Source of the DNA: Alphaproteobacteria bacterium | Lineage (GTDB): Bacteria > Pseudomonadota > Alphaproteobacteria > MPNO01 | Length of the DNA: 64,000 nt | Direction of reading: 5' to 3' | Assembly (NCBI GenBank): GCA_964291675.2 | Contig: OZ219866.1 | Coordinates: 224,001-288,000, forward strand | In this document: one piece after another, positions 18,186 to 27,667 of the stretch | Numbering within the stretch: position 1 is the first letter of the stretch | Layout of the letters: the number at the start of each line of letters is the position of its first letter | Notes under the pieces: model-generated | The model's database searches: none | Seen by the model: the letters and a program-made list of their open reading frames with translations, nothing else | What the model was told of the DNA's origin: nothing | Made by a program: the position numbers and the translations under genes

Positions 18186-19955
18186 TCAATGCGAGTGCCG
18201 CGGCAGCTTCGCCGTCACCGAGCGGTAGCGGGTGGCGAATTCGAGACAGCCGCCATCGGCGAGCTGGCCGACATGGGCGCGGTAGAGCTCCTCCCACGGC
18301 GTATGGTGTTCGAGCGCGGCCGGGACATGCGCCGCCCGGCGCGCCGCGAGCTCGTCTGCGGACAGCAGGATGTCGACCCGCCGGCGCCTGAGATCGACCC
18401 TGAGCCGGTCGCCGGTCTCCAGGATCGCGAGATTGCCGCCCGCCGCGCTCTCCGGGCTCGCATTGAGGATCGACGGGCTGCCCGAGGTGCCGGACTGGCG
18501 GCCGTCGCCGATGGTGGGAAGCTCGTCGATGCCGGCCCGGATGAGCGCCGCCGGGGGCTGCATGTTCACCACCTCGGCCGAGCCCGGATAGCCGACCGGC
18601 CCGGTGCCGCGCATCACCAGGATCGAGGTTGCGTCGATGCCGAGCCCCGGGTCGTCGATGCGGGCGCGGTAGTCCTCGGGGCCGTCGAACACGACGGCGC
18701 GGCCCTCGAAGGCGTCGGGGTCGGCGGCGGCGGACAGGAAGCGGGCGCGGAAGCCGTCCGAGATCACGCTGGTCTTCATGATCGCCGCGTCGAACAGATT
18801 GCCGCCCATGACCACGAAACCGGCGCGCTCCCTGAGCGGCCGGGCGAAGGGGCGGATCACGTCCTCGTCGGCCGGCGCGGCGTCGGCGACATTGTCCGCC
18901 GCGGTCCGCCCGTTCGCGGTGAGCGCATCGCCGTTGAGCCTGCCCGCGCGCAGCAGCTCGCCCATCACCGCCGGCACGCCGCCGGCGCGGTGGTAGTCCT
19001 CCGCCAGATACTCGCCCGCCGGCTGCAGATTGACCAGCAGCGGCACCTCGTAGCCCACCGCCTGCCAGTCGTCGAGGCCGAGCTCGACGCCGATATGGCG
19101 GGCGATGGCGTTGATGTGGATCGGCGCGTTGGTCGAGCCGCCGATGGCGCTGTTGACGGCGATCGCGTTCTCGAAGGCGAGCCGGGTGAGGATCTTCTCG
19201 GGCGTCAGATCCTCGTCGATCATGGCGACGATGCGCCGCCCGGTCTCGAAGGCGAACTGCGCGCGCTGCTTGTGCGGCGCCGGCGGGGTGGCCGAGCCCG
19301 GCAGCGACATGCCAAGCGCCTCGGCGAGCGAGTTCATCGTCGATGCCGTCCCCATGGTGTTGCAGTGGCCCGGGCTCGGCGCCGAGGAGGCGACCATCTC
19401 GATGAACGCGTCGTCGGCGATCTCGCCGGCGGCGAGCAGCCTCCGCGCCTCCCACAATATGGTGCCCGAGCCGGCGCGCCTCCCCTCCCACCAGCCGTTC
19501 AGCATCGGCCCGCCATTGAGCGAGATCGCGGGCAGGTTGGCGGTCGCCGCCGCCATGATCATCGCCGGCGTGGTCTTGTCGCAGCCGGTCGTCAGGATCA
19601 CCCCGTCGATCGGGTAGCCGTGCAGGATCTCGACCAGGCCGAGATAGGCGAGGTTGCGGTCGATCGCCGCGGTCGGGCGCCGGCCGCTCTCCTGGATCGG
19701 GTGCACCGGGAATTCGAGCGGGATGCCGCCGGCCTCGCGGATGCCGGCGCGCATGCGCCCGGCGAGGTCCTGGTGGATGCGGTTGCAGGGCGACAAGTCG
19801 GAGCCGGTCTGGGCGATGCCGACGATCGGCTTGCCGGATTGCAGCTCCTCGCGGGTCAGGCCGAAATTCATGTAGCGCTCGATATAGAGCGCAGTCATGC
19901 CGGCATCGAGCGGATCGTCGAACCAGCTCCGGCTGCGCAGCTTTTTCCCTGCCAT
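18186..19955 (-). CDS. xylD: IlvD/Edd family sugar-acid dehydratase (xylonate dehydratase-like)
   Basis: LRSRSWFD..MTALYIERYMN, SDLSPCN, GCDKT, GHCNTMGTA, GGSTNA, DGRQSGT. Confidence 0.85.
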   Translation of the reverse strand: MAGKKLRSRSWFDDPLDAGMTALYIERYMNFGLTREELQSGKPIVGIAQTGSDLSPCNRIHQDLAGRMRAGIREAGGIPLEFPVHPIQESGRRPTAAIDRNLAYLGLVEILHGYPIDGVILTTGCDKTTPAMIMAAATANLPAISLNGGPMLNGWWEGRRAGSGTILWEARRLLAAGEIADDAFIEMVASSAPSPGHCNTMGTASTMNSLAEALGMSLPGSATPPAPHKQRAQFAFETGRRIVAMIDEDLTPEKILTRLAFENAIAVNSAIGGSTNAPIHINAIARHIGVELGLDDWQAVGYEVPLLVNLQPAGEYLAEDYHRAGGVPAVMGELLRAGRLNGDALTANGRTAADNVADAAPADEDVIRPFARPLRERAGFVVMGGNLFDAAIMKTSVISDGFRARFLSAAADPDAFEGRAVVFDGPEDYRARIDDPGLGIDATSILVMRGTGPVGYPGSAEVVNMQPPAALIRAGIDELPTIGDGRQSGTSGSPSILNASPESAAGGNLAILETGDRLRVDLRRRRVDILLSADELAARRAAHVPAALEHHTPWEELYRAHVGQLADGGCLEFATRYRSVTAKLPRHSH

Positions 19956-19987
19956 GGGCGACGCCCCCGCGCTGTTGCCGGCCCAGC

Positions 19988-20172
19988 CTAGCGCGCATTT
20001 CCCGCCCCTGTCACGGCCTGCGCCGCCCATGGATGCCCGGATCGAGTCCGGGCATGACGAAAGGGGGGGGTGTCGGCGTTCCCCCACCCCGTCATGGCTG
20101 GCCCCCGGATCGAGTCCGGGGGTGATCCGGCCATCCATGCGGCCCGTGACCGTGGCGGGGGATGCGGGCTAG
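19988..20172. mobile_element. CTAG-ended MITE-like element (family C) enclosing a REP-A doublet
   Basis: Left CTAGCGCGCATTTCCCGCCCCTGTCACGGCCTGCG; right GCGGCCCGTGACCGTGGCGGGGGATGCGGGCTAG. Confidence 0.6.
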
Positions 20173-20202
20173 GATGTCCCGGTTGCGCGGCGGAGGGCTC
20201 TC

Positions 20203-20739
20203 ATGAACCGGCCGGTCGGCGTGGCGGAGCTGAAGGACCACATCCGCCAGATCCCGGATTTTCCCAAGCCGGGCATCCTGTTCTACGACATCTCCACGCT
20301 GCTGCAGCACGCGGATGCGTGGGCAACGACCGTGGACGCGCTGGCCGAAGCGGTCTCGCGGCACGAGCCGGACCGGCTGATCGGCATCGAGTCGCGCGGC
20401 TTCCTGGTGGCGGCGCCGCTCGCGCTCCGCCTCGGGCTCGGCTTCACCATGGTGCGCAAGAAGGACAAGCTGCCGGGCGCCACCATCGCCCACGAATACG
20501 CGCTCGAATACGGCACCGACACGGTCGAGATCCAGGCCGACGCGATCGCGCCCGGTCAGCGCGTGGTGGTGCTCGACGACCTGCTGGCGACGGGGGGGAC
20601 GATGAGCGCGGCGATCGAGCTGCTGCGCGGGGTCGGCGCCGACGTGCGCGGGGCCGCCTGCATCATCGAGCTCTGCTTCCTGCGGGGGCGCGCGCGGCTC
20701 GACGTGCCGATCGACACGCTGATCGCCTACGACTCCTGA
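20203..20739 (+). CDS. apt: Adenine phosphoribosyltransferase
   Basis: [41 protein letters not shown]. Confidence 0.96.
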   Translation: MNRPVGVAELKDHIRQIPDFPKPGILFYDISTLLQHADAWATTVDALAEAVSRHEPDRLIGIESRGFLVAAPLALRLGLGFTMVRKKDKLPGATIAHEYALEYGTDTVEIQADAIAPGQRVVVLDDLLATGGTMSAAIELLRGVGADVRGAACIIELCFLRGRARLDVPIDTLIAYDS

Positions 20740-21563
20740 ACCACCCGGTTGGCGAGCGTGCCGATGCGCTCGATCTCGACCTCGATCCTGTCGCCCGGCT
20801 TCATGTAGAGCGGCGGCGTCCGCCCGTGGCCGACCCCGTGCGGCGTCCCGGTGGAGATCGCATCGCCCGGGGCGAGCGGGGTGAAGCCCGAGACGTAGCT
20901 CACCAGGCGCGGGATGCCGAAGATGAAATCGGCCGTGTTGCCGTCCTGCACGGTCTCGCCGTTGAGCCTTGTGCGGACGGCGAGCGCGTGCGGGTCCGGG
21001 ATCTCGTCGGCGGTGACGAAGCACGGGCCGAACCCGCCGGTCCGCGGGAAATTCTTGCCGGCCGACAGATTCTCCTCCTGCCAGTCGCGGATCGAGCCGT
21101 CGTTGAGGATGGTGTAGCCGGCGACATGGGCGAGCGCGTCGGCCTCTTCGACGTAGCGCCCGGCGCGGCCGATGACGACGGCGAGCTCGCCCTCGAAATC
21201 GAACGCCTCCGAGACCCGGGGGCGGACGATGTCGCGTTCGTGGCCGACCAGCGCGTCGTGGTATTTAAGGAACACGCTCGGCACCGTCGGCACCTTCCGG
21301 TTCATCTCGCGCACATGGACCATGTAGTTGAGGCCGATGCAGACCAGCTTGGCCGGGGGGCCGAGCACCGGGAGGAAGCCGATCTCGGGCAGCGGGATCC
21401 TCGGCGCCGCGTCGACGGCCGCAGCGGCCTCGTCCAGCGCGCCTTCCCGCAGCGCCTCGACGATGCCGGCATGGCCGGTCGCGGCGCCGAGATCGGCGAC
21501 CTCCTCGCCCGCCAGCGCGCCCCAGCTCGCCCGGCCCGCGTGCTCGAAGGTCAGGAGCTTCAC
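20727..21563 (-). CDS. Fumarylacetoacetate hydrolase family protein
   Basis: [33 protein letters not shown]; GTG overlaps the UbiD stop. Confidence 0.9.
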   Translation of the reverse strand: MKLLTFEHAGRASWGALAGEEVADLGAATGHAGIVEALREGALDEAAAAVDAAPRIPLPEIGFLPVLGPPAKLVCIGLNYMVHVREMNRKVPTVPSVFLKYHDALVGHERDIVRPRVSEAFDFEGELAVVIGRAGRYVEEADALAHVAGYTILNDGSIRDWQEENLSAGKNFPRTGGFGPCFVTADEIPDPHALAVRTRLNGETVQDGNTADFIFGIPRLVSYVSGFTPLAPGDAISTGTPHGVGHGRTPPLYMKPGDRIEVEIERIGTLANRVVQES

Positions 21564-23167
21564 GATCCGCCCCTGTTCGCGGCGGGCGGCTGGGCGGCGA
21601 AGCGAGAGTCCCTGAGGCAGTGCCGCCCGTCCGCGTCCTGCCACAGGATGTCGGCCTCGTGCAGCGCCCCGAGCGCCCGGGCGACCGCCTGGAACCCCTC
21701 GCTTGCGTAGCGCTCGGCGAGCTCGGCGAAATAGGCCGGCGCCTGCTCGATATCGGCGCGAATGCGCTCGGCGAGCGCGTCGATGTCGGCCGCCTCCGAC
21801 GCCGCCTTCGCCCCGTTGGCCGGGCCGAGATAGTCCTCCAGCTTGACGCTGTCGGCATAGGCGTAGGCGATGCGGTGGAAGCGCGCCCTCGGCACGTCGT
21901 CGGCGATGGTGGCGTCGATTCCCATCTTGGCCGTCGTCGGCACCTTGCCGGGCTCGATCCTGAGGCTCGGATCGAGCGGCTTCGACCGCGCGTTCGACAG
22001 GATCAGCACGTCGCGGTCGGCCTGCACCCGTGTCGCCACCGCCCATTCGACGTCCACCGGGTCGAACACGTCGATGTCGTCCTCGACCACGGTGACGTGC
22101 TTCATGTCGGCGACCGAGAGCGCGGCCGTGATCGCGTTCTTGCCGTCGCCCGGGTGCGGCCTGATGGCGATCACCGCGTGCCAGTGGCAGCACCCGCCCG
22201 GCGTGATGTTGACCGCCGTGACCTGCACGCCGGCCTCGTGGCAGACCCGGCGCACCGCGGCCTCGTAGATCGGCCCCGACGGCCAGATGTTCTCCCACGG
22301 CATGTGCAGCGCGTAGTAGACCGCGTCGTTCCGCATCGCCACCGCGTTGACGCGGACCAGCGGGTTCCAGTGGAGCCCGCCCATCAGCCGGGTGAACTCG
22401 CCGAACCGGCCCTCCGGCCGGGTCCAGCCGGTCGGCAGGATCTCGGCTTCCAGCACGATCTCGGCATCGGCGATGCACTCGATGTCGACCGTCTTGCACG
22501 GCGTGAGCGCGAGCCCCTCGCCCCGCATGCCGCCGGCGATGGCGACCTCGCTCACCCCGATGGGCGCCTTGTAGGTGGCGGCGATGACCTCGATCGGGTG
22601 GGTGCCGATATTGATCGAGATCGGCAGCGGCCGGTTCCTCGCAAACGCCTTCTCGGCGAAGCGCCGGAGATTGTTGGGGGTGACGATGTCGATGCCGGTG
22701 AGCGCCTTCTCCTTGACGAGAAAGCGGTAGACGCCCGCGTTCAGCCCGTGCTCGCCGTCCGGGTCGCGGGCAAGCGTCACGCCGGCGGTGATCATCGGGC
22801 CGCCGTCGAGCACCGAGAACAGCGGGATCGGCAGGCGGTAGAGGTCGACCGCATCGCCCTCCAGCAGGGTCTCGCGGGCGGGCCCGGCATTGACCGAGCG
22901 CGGCGCGACCGGGCGGTCGAGCCCGGCGCGCACCTTCCCCTCGATCTCGCCGAAGGAACAGCCCATGGCGACGGCGAGCCGGTCGCGGTGGTTGATCACC
23001 CCCGAGACCACGGGCATGTCGTAGCCCGCGACATCGGTGAACAAGAGCGCCTTGTCCGACTGGTCGACCAGCGCCGCGATATGGCGGATATCGACCGGCC
23101 GCGCGATCTCGACCAGCTGGTCCGCCGCGCGCAGCTCGCCCAGCAGCTCGCGAAAATTCTCCGCCAT
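21560..23167 (-). CDS. UbiD family decarboxylase with C-terminal extension
   Basis: NAGVYR, AEIVLEAE, EGRFGEF, DDIDVFD..VEWAVATR, LDPS, KMGIDAT. Confidence 0.9.
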   Translation of the reverse strand: MAENFRELLGELRAADQLVEIARPVDIRHIAALVDQSDKALLFTDVAGYDMPVVSGVINHRDRLAVAMGCSFGEIEGKVRAGLDRPVAPRSVNAGPARETLLEGDAVDLYRLPIPLFSVLDGGPMITAGVTLARDPDGEHGLNAGVYRFLVKEKALTGIDIVTPNNLRRFAEKAFARNRPLPISINIGTHPIEVIAATYKAPIGVSEVAIAGGMRGEGLALTPCKTVDIECIADAEIVLEAEILPTGWTRPEGRFGEFTRLMGGLHWNPLVRVNAVAMRNDAVYYALHMPWENIWPSGPIYEAAVRRVCHEAGVQVTAVNITPGGCCHWHAVIAIRPHPGDGKNAITAALSVADMKHVTVVEDDIDVFDPVDVEWAVATRVQADRDVLILSNARSKPLDPSLRIEPGKVPTTAKMGIDATIADDVPRARFHRIAYAYADSVKLEDYLGPANGAKAASEAADIDALAERIRADIEQAPAYFAELAERYASEGFQAVARALGALHEADILWQDADGRHCLRDSRFAAQPPAANRGGS

Positions 23168-23229
23168 CCGTCCGCCCCGTCCCGGTTGCGGCCGGACGGT
23201 AGCACCGGCGCCCGGGCGATGCCAACGCG

Positions 23230-23337
23230 CCCTTCGATACGGCGCTGGCGCGCCTACTCAGGATGAGGAGAGGGGTTGAGAACGGCCCAGGACTCTTCCC
23301 TCATCCCGAGTAGGCCCGGAGGGCCGTATCGAGGGAC
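23230..23337. repeat. REP-B inverted doublet
   Basis: CCTTCGATACGGCGC..CTACTCAGGATGAGG ... CCTCATCCCGAGTAGGCC..GTATCGAGGGA. Confidence 0.8.
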
Positions 23338-23340
23338 GGG

Positions 23341-23721
23341 CTAGCCGCGCGGCGCCTCGGGCCTTGTGGCGACGAAGACCGCCGCGCCGCAGATCGTTGC
23401 CACCAGCGCCGCCGTCACGGCCCAGTGGAAGCCCGCGACCAAGACCAGCACCGCGATGGCGAGCGCCATGAAGGCGAGCGCCGAGACCTTGGCGCGGCGC
23501 CGGATCACCCCGTGGCGCTGCCAGTCGAGCACCGGCGGGCCGAAGCGGGGATGGTCGAGCAGCCAGCGGTGGAAGCGCTCGGAGCTGCGCGCGAACGCCC
23601 ACACCGCGACCAGCAGGAACACCACCGTCGGCATGCCCGGCACGACGACGCCGATGGCGCCCAGCCCGACGCAAATCCAGCCCAGCGCGAGATAGACGTA
23701 GCGGACGAGCGGGGAGCGCAT
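23341..23721 (-). CDS. YbaN/DUF454 membrane protein
   Basis: GVVVPGMPTVVFLL, FARSSERFHRWLLDHPRFGP, RRAK. Confidence 0.88.
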   Translation of the reverse strand: MRSPLVRYVYLALGWICVGLGAIGVVVPGMPTVVFLLVAVWAFARSSERFHRWLLDHPRFGPPVLDWQRHGVIRRRAKVSALAFMALAIAVLVLVAGFHWAVTAALVATICGAAVFVATRPEAPRG

Positions 23722-23766
23722 GGCGGGACTATAGCGGAATGCGCGTCGCGGGCGGGTGCGGTCCGC

Positions 23767-23795
23767 TTGACATCGATGGTTCATGAATTCATGTT
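23767..23795 (+). promoter_or_regulatory. Sigma70-like promoter with palindromic operator for the TA operon
   Basis: TTGACA-17nt-CATGTT; perfect palindrome CATGAATTCATG at 23782..23793. Confidence 0.6.
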
Positions 23796-23801
23796 TTATG
23801 C

Positions 23802-24032
23802 ATGACAACGATGATCCAGATCCGCAATGTTCCAGAGTCCGTGCACCGGCGGTTGAAGGCCCGGGCGGCGCTGGAGGGCGTGTCGATGTCGCGCTTCGTT
23901 TTGCGCGAGATCGAACGCGCGCTGGAGCGCCCGACGCGGCAGGAGTGGATCGAGGCGCTCCGCTCGCAGCCGGAAGTCTCGCTCGATATGTCGCCGGCGG
24001 ACATCCTGCGGGACGAACGGAACCGGCGTTGA
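23802..24032 (+). CDS. vapB: Ribbon-helix-helix antitoxin (FitA/VapB-like)
   Basis: IQIRNVPESVHRRLKARAALEGVSMS; stop overlaps the toxin start. Confidence 0.85.
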   Translation: MTTMIQIRNVPESVHRRLKARAALEGVSMSRFVLREIERALERPTRQEWIEALRSQPEVSLDMSPADILRDERNRR

Positions 24033-24421
24033 TGGTTCTGGACGCGTCCGGTGCCATCGAGCTGCTGCTGTACACCGCCCCGGGCAAACGGCTTGCCGCC
24101 GTGCTGGAAAGTGAGGCGGACATCGTGCATGTGCCGCATCTCATCGACCTGGAGATCGCCCATGTCCTGCGCCGCTATGTGATGAACGGCACGCTCGACC
24201 AGCGGGCGGGATCGAGCGCGCTTCGCCTCTGGCGGGAGCTTGACGTCGAACGCTATCCGCACGAGCCGCTGCTCGACCGGATCTGGCAGCTCCGCGCCAA
24301 TGTGAGCGCCTATGACGCCGTCTATGTCGCGCTCGCGGAAACCCTGTCGGACGTGCTCGTCACGGGCGACCGGCGGCTCGCCCGCGTGCCGGGGCTGGGG
24401 GTTGCGGTGGAAGCTGTTTGA
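24032..24421 (+). CDS. vapC: PIN-domain toxin
   Basis: VLDAS, PHLIDLE, SAYDAVYVALAE, VTGDRRLA. Confidence 0.92.
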   Translation: MVLDASGAIELLLYTAPGKRLAAVLESEADIVHVPHLIDLEIAHVLRRYVMNGTLDQRAGSSALRLWRELDVERYPHEPLLDRIWQLRANVSAYDAVYVALAETLSDVLVTGDRRLARVPGLGVAVEAV

Positions 24422-24675
24422 AACAGGGTTCCCCGCTGAGCGTGGAGGGCGGCATCTCCCCCCATCATTACGACCGCAGCCGCGCGGAGCACGGAAACGT
24501 TGAGATACCTCAAGGGGCAGACCCGTCTGCCCGTCCTTCGTCTTTTCTCTGTCAGACTTGCCAACAGATTGCCAAGCGTGTGAAGCTTAGGCCAACATGG
24601 CGGCCGACCGACTTTACCTATTGAAATTGATGCACTCGATCGCGTTCCAACCCCGGCATCCACTTGAGGCTTCTC

Positions 24676-26382
24676 ATGGCGAAGGCAAACCTCATGAATA
24701 CGCGTACGATCAACTATCTAGAACTGATCGGAAACGGTAAGTCATACCAAGTACCACCGTATCAGCGGGATTATTCGTGGACAGAGGAACAGTGGGAAGA
24801 CTTGTGGAATGATCTCCTCGAACTAATGTCCGACCGCGAGAACAGGCACTACCTGGGAGCACTTGTTGTTGAAGGCAAGAGTGACCGCGAGTTTCTAATC
24901 ATCGACGGCCAACAACGTCTGGCGACGCTGAGCCTATTCTCCCTCGCGGTAATTGGCAGACTCCATTCGATGGCCGACAGCGGGAAGGAAGCCGATGACA
25001 ATAGGGAACGCGGTCGCGAGCTGCGCAATCGCTTTGTTGGAGAACGGGATCCGGCTTCATTGATTGAGAGCAGCCGTCTACAGCTTAACGAAACAGACGA
25101 TGTATTCTATCAGGACTACCTGATTCAACTCAAGGACCCGCTTAACCCTCGCGGGCTTCCGAAATCCAATCGTCTCCTTCTAGATTGCTATCGTTATTTT
25201 GTGAGACGGCTAGAAGAACTCGAAACGCCGAAACATGACGGCGCGAAGATCGCTAGCCTCCTATCGGAAACAGTTGCGCGCCAATTGTTGTTCATTCTGA
25301 TTACGGTGGATGATGAAGTAAATGCTTATACGGTCTTCGAGACCCTAAATGCCCGTGGATTGGAATTGACCACTACCGATTTGCTCAAGAACTACCTGTT
25401 TTCGCGCATCAAGGTGGGCGCCGACCTCGCGGCGCTCCAACGACGCTGGCGCGCCTTGGTAGGGACCGTGGGTCAATCTCGCTTTCCCGAGTTTCTGCGC
25501 TACCATCTGCTTTGCCGGCTTCCCAAGATCCGGCGGCAACGGCTCTTCAAACTGGTGCGGGACGATACACGGTCAGCTCAGGATGTGTTCGATTTGTTAG
25601 ATGCATTGGAGGCACGGGGAGAGTTGTTTGCTGCCATCTTGGATCAGAATCATGGTTACTGGATTGAAATACCGCCAGCAAAACAATATATATCGGAGCT
25701 CAATCTGTTTGGCGTTCGGCAACCCATGCCTCTGTTGTTCGCTGCGTGGGAGACCTTCAACACCGACGACTTCGTTAAGGTCCTGAAACTGGTCAGTGTC
25801 GTATCTTTCCGATATAACGTCGTGAGCGGGTTAAACCCCAATCTTCTGGAGTCGGTGTATCACGGTGCCGCCAAGGCGGTGCTTGACAGCGATGCGGAGA
25901 CACCCGAGGCAGTATATCGAAAGCTCAAGCCGATATATGTGGACGACGAGAAAACGCGTCAGGACTTTGCAAGTCTCGAGTTGGATACTCGCAGAAGAAA
26001 AAGACTGGTCAAGTATATTCTTGCGCGAATTGAAGAATATGCGAGCGGTCGCTCATGCGACCCGGATACCGATCCCGCCACGATCGAGCACGTACTTCCG
26101 GAAAATCCGTCCGACGCCTGGAGGGAGTCCTTTGTGCAGGACCAATGGGACAACTTCGTTTATCGTCTGGGAAACCTCACGCTCTTGGAAGCTTCGCTCA
26201 ATCGAGACATATCAAATGAAGCATTCGCGCTTAAGGGGCCAGCTTACCTCGGTAGTAGCTACAGCGTCACACAGGAGATCTGTAGCCTGGCACCGGAGAA
26301 CTGGACGCCAGAATTGGTTCAAGCGCGTCAGGATAAATTGGCACAAAGGGCGGCTCATATCTGGCGAGCGGACTTTGCGTGA
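24676..26382 (+). CDS. DUF262 + DUF1524(HNH) protein, GmrSD/SspE-like nuclease
   Basis: PPYQRDYSW, IIDGQQR, VFETLNARG, TIEHVLP, RLGNLTLL..N; visibly AT-richer than flanks. Confidence 0.9.
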   Translation: MAKANLMNTRTINYLELIGNGKSYQVPPYQRDYSWTEEQWEDLWNDLLELMSDRENRHYLGALVVEGKSDREFLIIDGQQRLATLSLFSLAVIGRLHSMADSGKEADDNRERGRELRNRFVGERDPASLIESSRLQLNETDDVFYQDYLIQLKDPLNPRGLPKSNRLLLDCYRYFVRRLEELETPKHDGAKIASLLSETVARQLLFILITVDDEVNAYTVFETLNARGLELTTTDLLKNYLFSRIKVGADLAALQRRWRALVGTVGQSRFPEFLRYHLLCRLPKIRRQRLFKLVRDDTRSAQDVFDLLDALEARGELFAAILDQNHGYWIEIPPAKQYISELNLFGVRQPMPLLFAAWETFNTDDFVKVLKLVSVVSFRYNVVSGLNPNLLESVYHGAAKAVLDSDAETPEAVYRKLKPIYVDDEKTRQDFASLELDTRRRKRLVKYILARIEEYASGRSCDPDTDPATIEHVLPENPSDAWRESFVQDQWDNFVYRLGNLTLLEASLNRDISNEAFALKGPAYLGSSYSVTQEICSLAPENWTPELVQARQDKLAQRAAHIWRADFA

Positions 26383-26539
26383 GCCGATCCGGCGAATGTG
26401 AAATCCCGAGGTTGCTGCGGGCTTCCGTCCTGTCATGCTTTTTTGTTCTGTGAGTTAGCGTCATATCTTCCTTTTCCGTTAACGGCTCCCACGCTAGGTT
26501 TGGCCGGCGGCTAGCTTCGGAGGCACGGGAGGAGCGACC

Positions 26540-27664
26540 ATGGCGCTGTACCGGAACGAGAAGGACATCACGGGCGAGGGGTTCCTGGAGGACACCTACC
26601 TCCTGTGGTGCGAGCGCGAGGGGCCGCCGATCGCCGAGGAGTTCTGCATCGACCTGTTCGACGTGGCGACGGCGCCGTGGCCGCGCATGGGCTGCAACGC
26701 CGCCTTCGTCCATCTCAAGGGGCGGGGCGATTTCATGTCGGTGTTCCTGCTGGAGCTCCTGCCGGGCCAGGCGACCGAGCCGCAGCAGCATCTGTTCGAG
26801 GAGGTGATCTACGTCCTGTCCGGGCGCGGCTCGACCACCATCGAGACCGCCGACGGGCGCACCCACAGCTTCGAATGGGGGCCCAAGAGCGTCTTTGCGC
26901 TGCCGCTCAACTCGAAATACCGGCATTTCAACGGCTCGGGCACGGAATCGGCCAAGCTCGCGTCCTCGACCTCGGCGCCGCTGATGATGAACTGCTTCCA
27001 CAACGAGGCGTTCATCTTCGACAACGACTTCCGCTTCCCCGAGCGCGAGGGCAAGGAGGGGCATTTCTCGGGCGAGGGCGATTTCGTGCCCAAGCGCCCC
27101 GGCAAGCACATGTGGGAGACCAACTTCGTCCCCGACGTGAGCAAGTTCGAGCTCCGCGAATGGCCCGAGCGCGGCGAGGGCTCGTCCAACATCATGTTCA
27201 TCCTGGCCGAGGGCACGATGCACGCGCATTGCTCGGAGATGCCGGTCGGCACCTACAAGAAGGCGCACCGCCACGGCCCCGACTTCCACGTCTACTGGGT
27301 GACCGGCGAGGGCTATTCGCTGTGCTGGTTCGAGGGCGACGAGGAGATGATGCACTACCCGTGGAAGCACGGCGTGGTGTTCGCGCCCGCCGACATGATG
27401 TTCCACCAGCATTTCAATGCCTCCGCCGGGCCGGCGCGCTACTTCCCCGTCGCCTACGGCTCGCTGCGCTACCCGCTGACCGAGTCCAAGCGCCGGCTGT
27501 TCGCCGGCGGCGACGTCGACGTGAAGCGGGGCGGCGACCAGATCGAGTGGGCCGACCAGGACCCCAGGGTGCACCGGATGTTCCTCGAGGCGCTGGCGCG
27601 CAACGGCGTCGAGTCGCGGATGGGCAATCTGATCGACGAGACCCGCTATCTCGCCGCCGAGTAG
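26540..27664 (+). CDS. Bicupin protein
   Basis: QHLFEEVIYVLSGRG...RHFNG and KAHRHGP..HVY...FHQHFN. Confidence 0.85.
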   Translation: MALYRNEKDITGEGFLEDTYLLWCEREGPPIAEEFCIDLFDVATAPWPRMGCNAAFVHLKGRGDFMSVFLLELLPGQATEPQQHLFEEVIYVLSGRGSTTIETADGRTHSFEWGPKSVFALPLNSKYRHFNGSGTESAKLASSTSAPLMMNCFHNEAFIFDNDFRFPEREGKEGHFSGEGDFVPKRPGKHMWETNFVPDVSKFELREWPERGEGSSNIMFILAEGTMHAHCSEMPVGTYKKAHRHGPDFHVYWVTGEGYSLCWFEGDEEMMHYPWKHGVVFAPADMMFHQHFNASAGPARYFPVAYGSLRYPLTESKRRLFAGGDVDVKRGGDQIEWADQDPRVHRMFLEALARNGVESRMGNLIDETRYLAAE

Positions 27665-27667
27665 ACG

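Noticed and set aside
20727-23225. 832-aa ORF or a UbiD-FAH frameshift fusion
   Set aside because: The upstream part is an off-frame Arg/Pro-rich shadow; two genes with a GTGA overlap explain it
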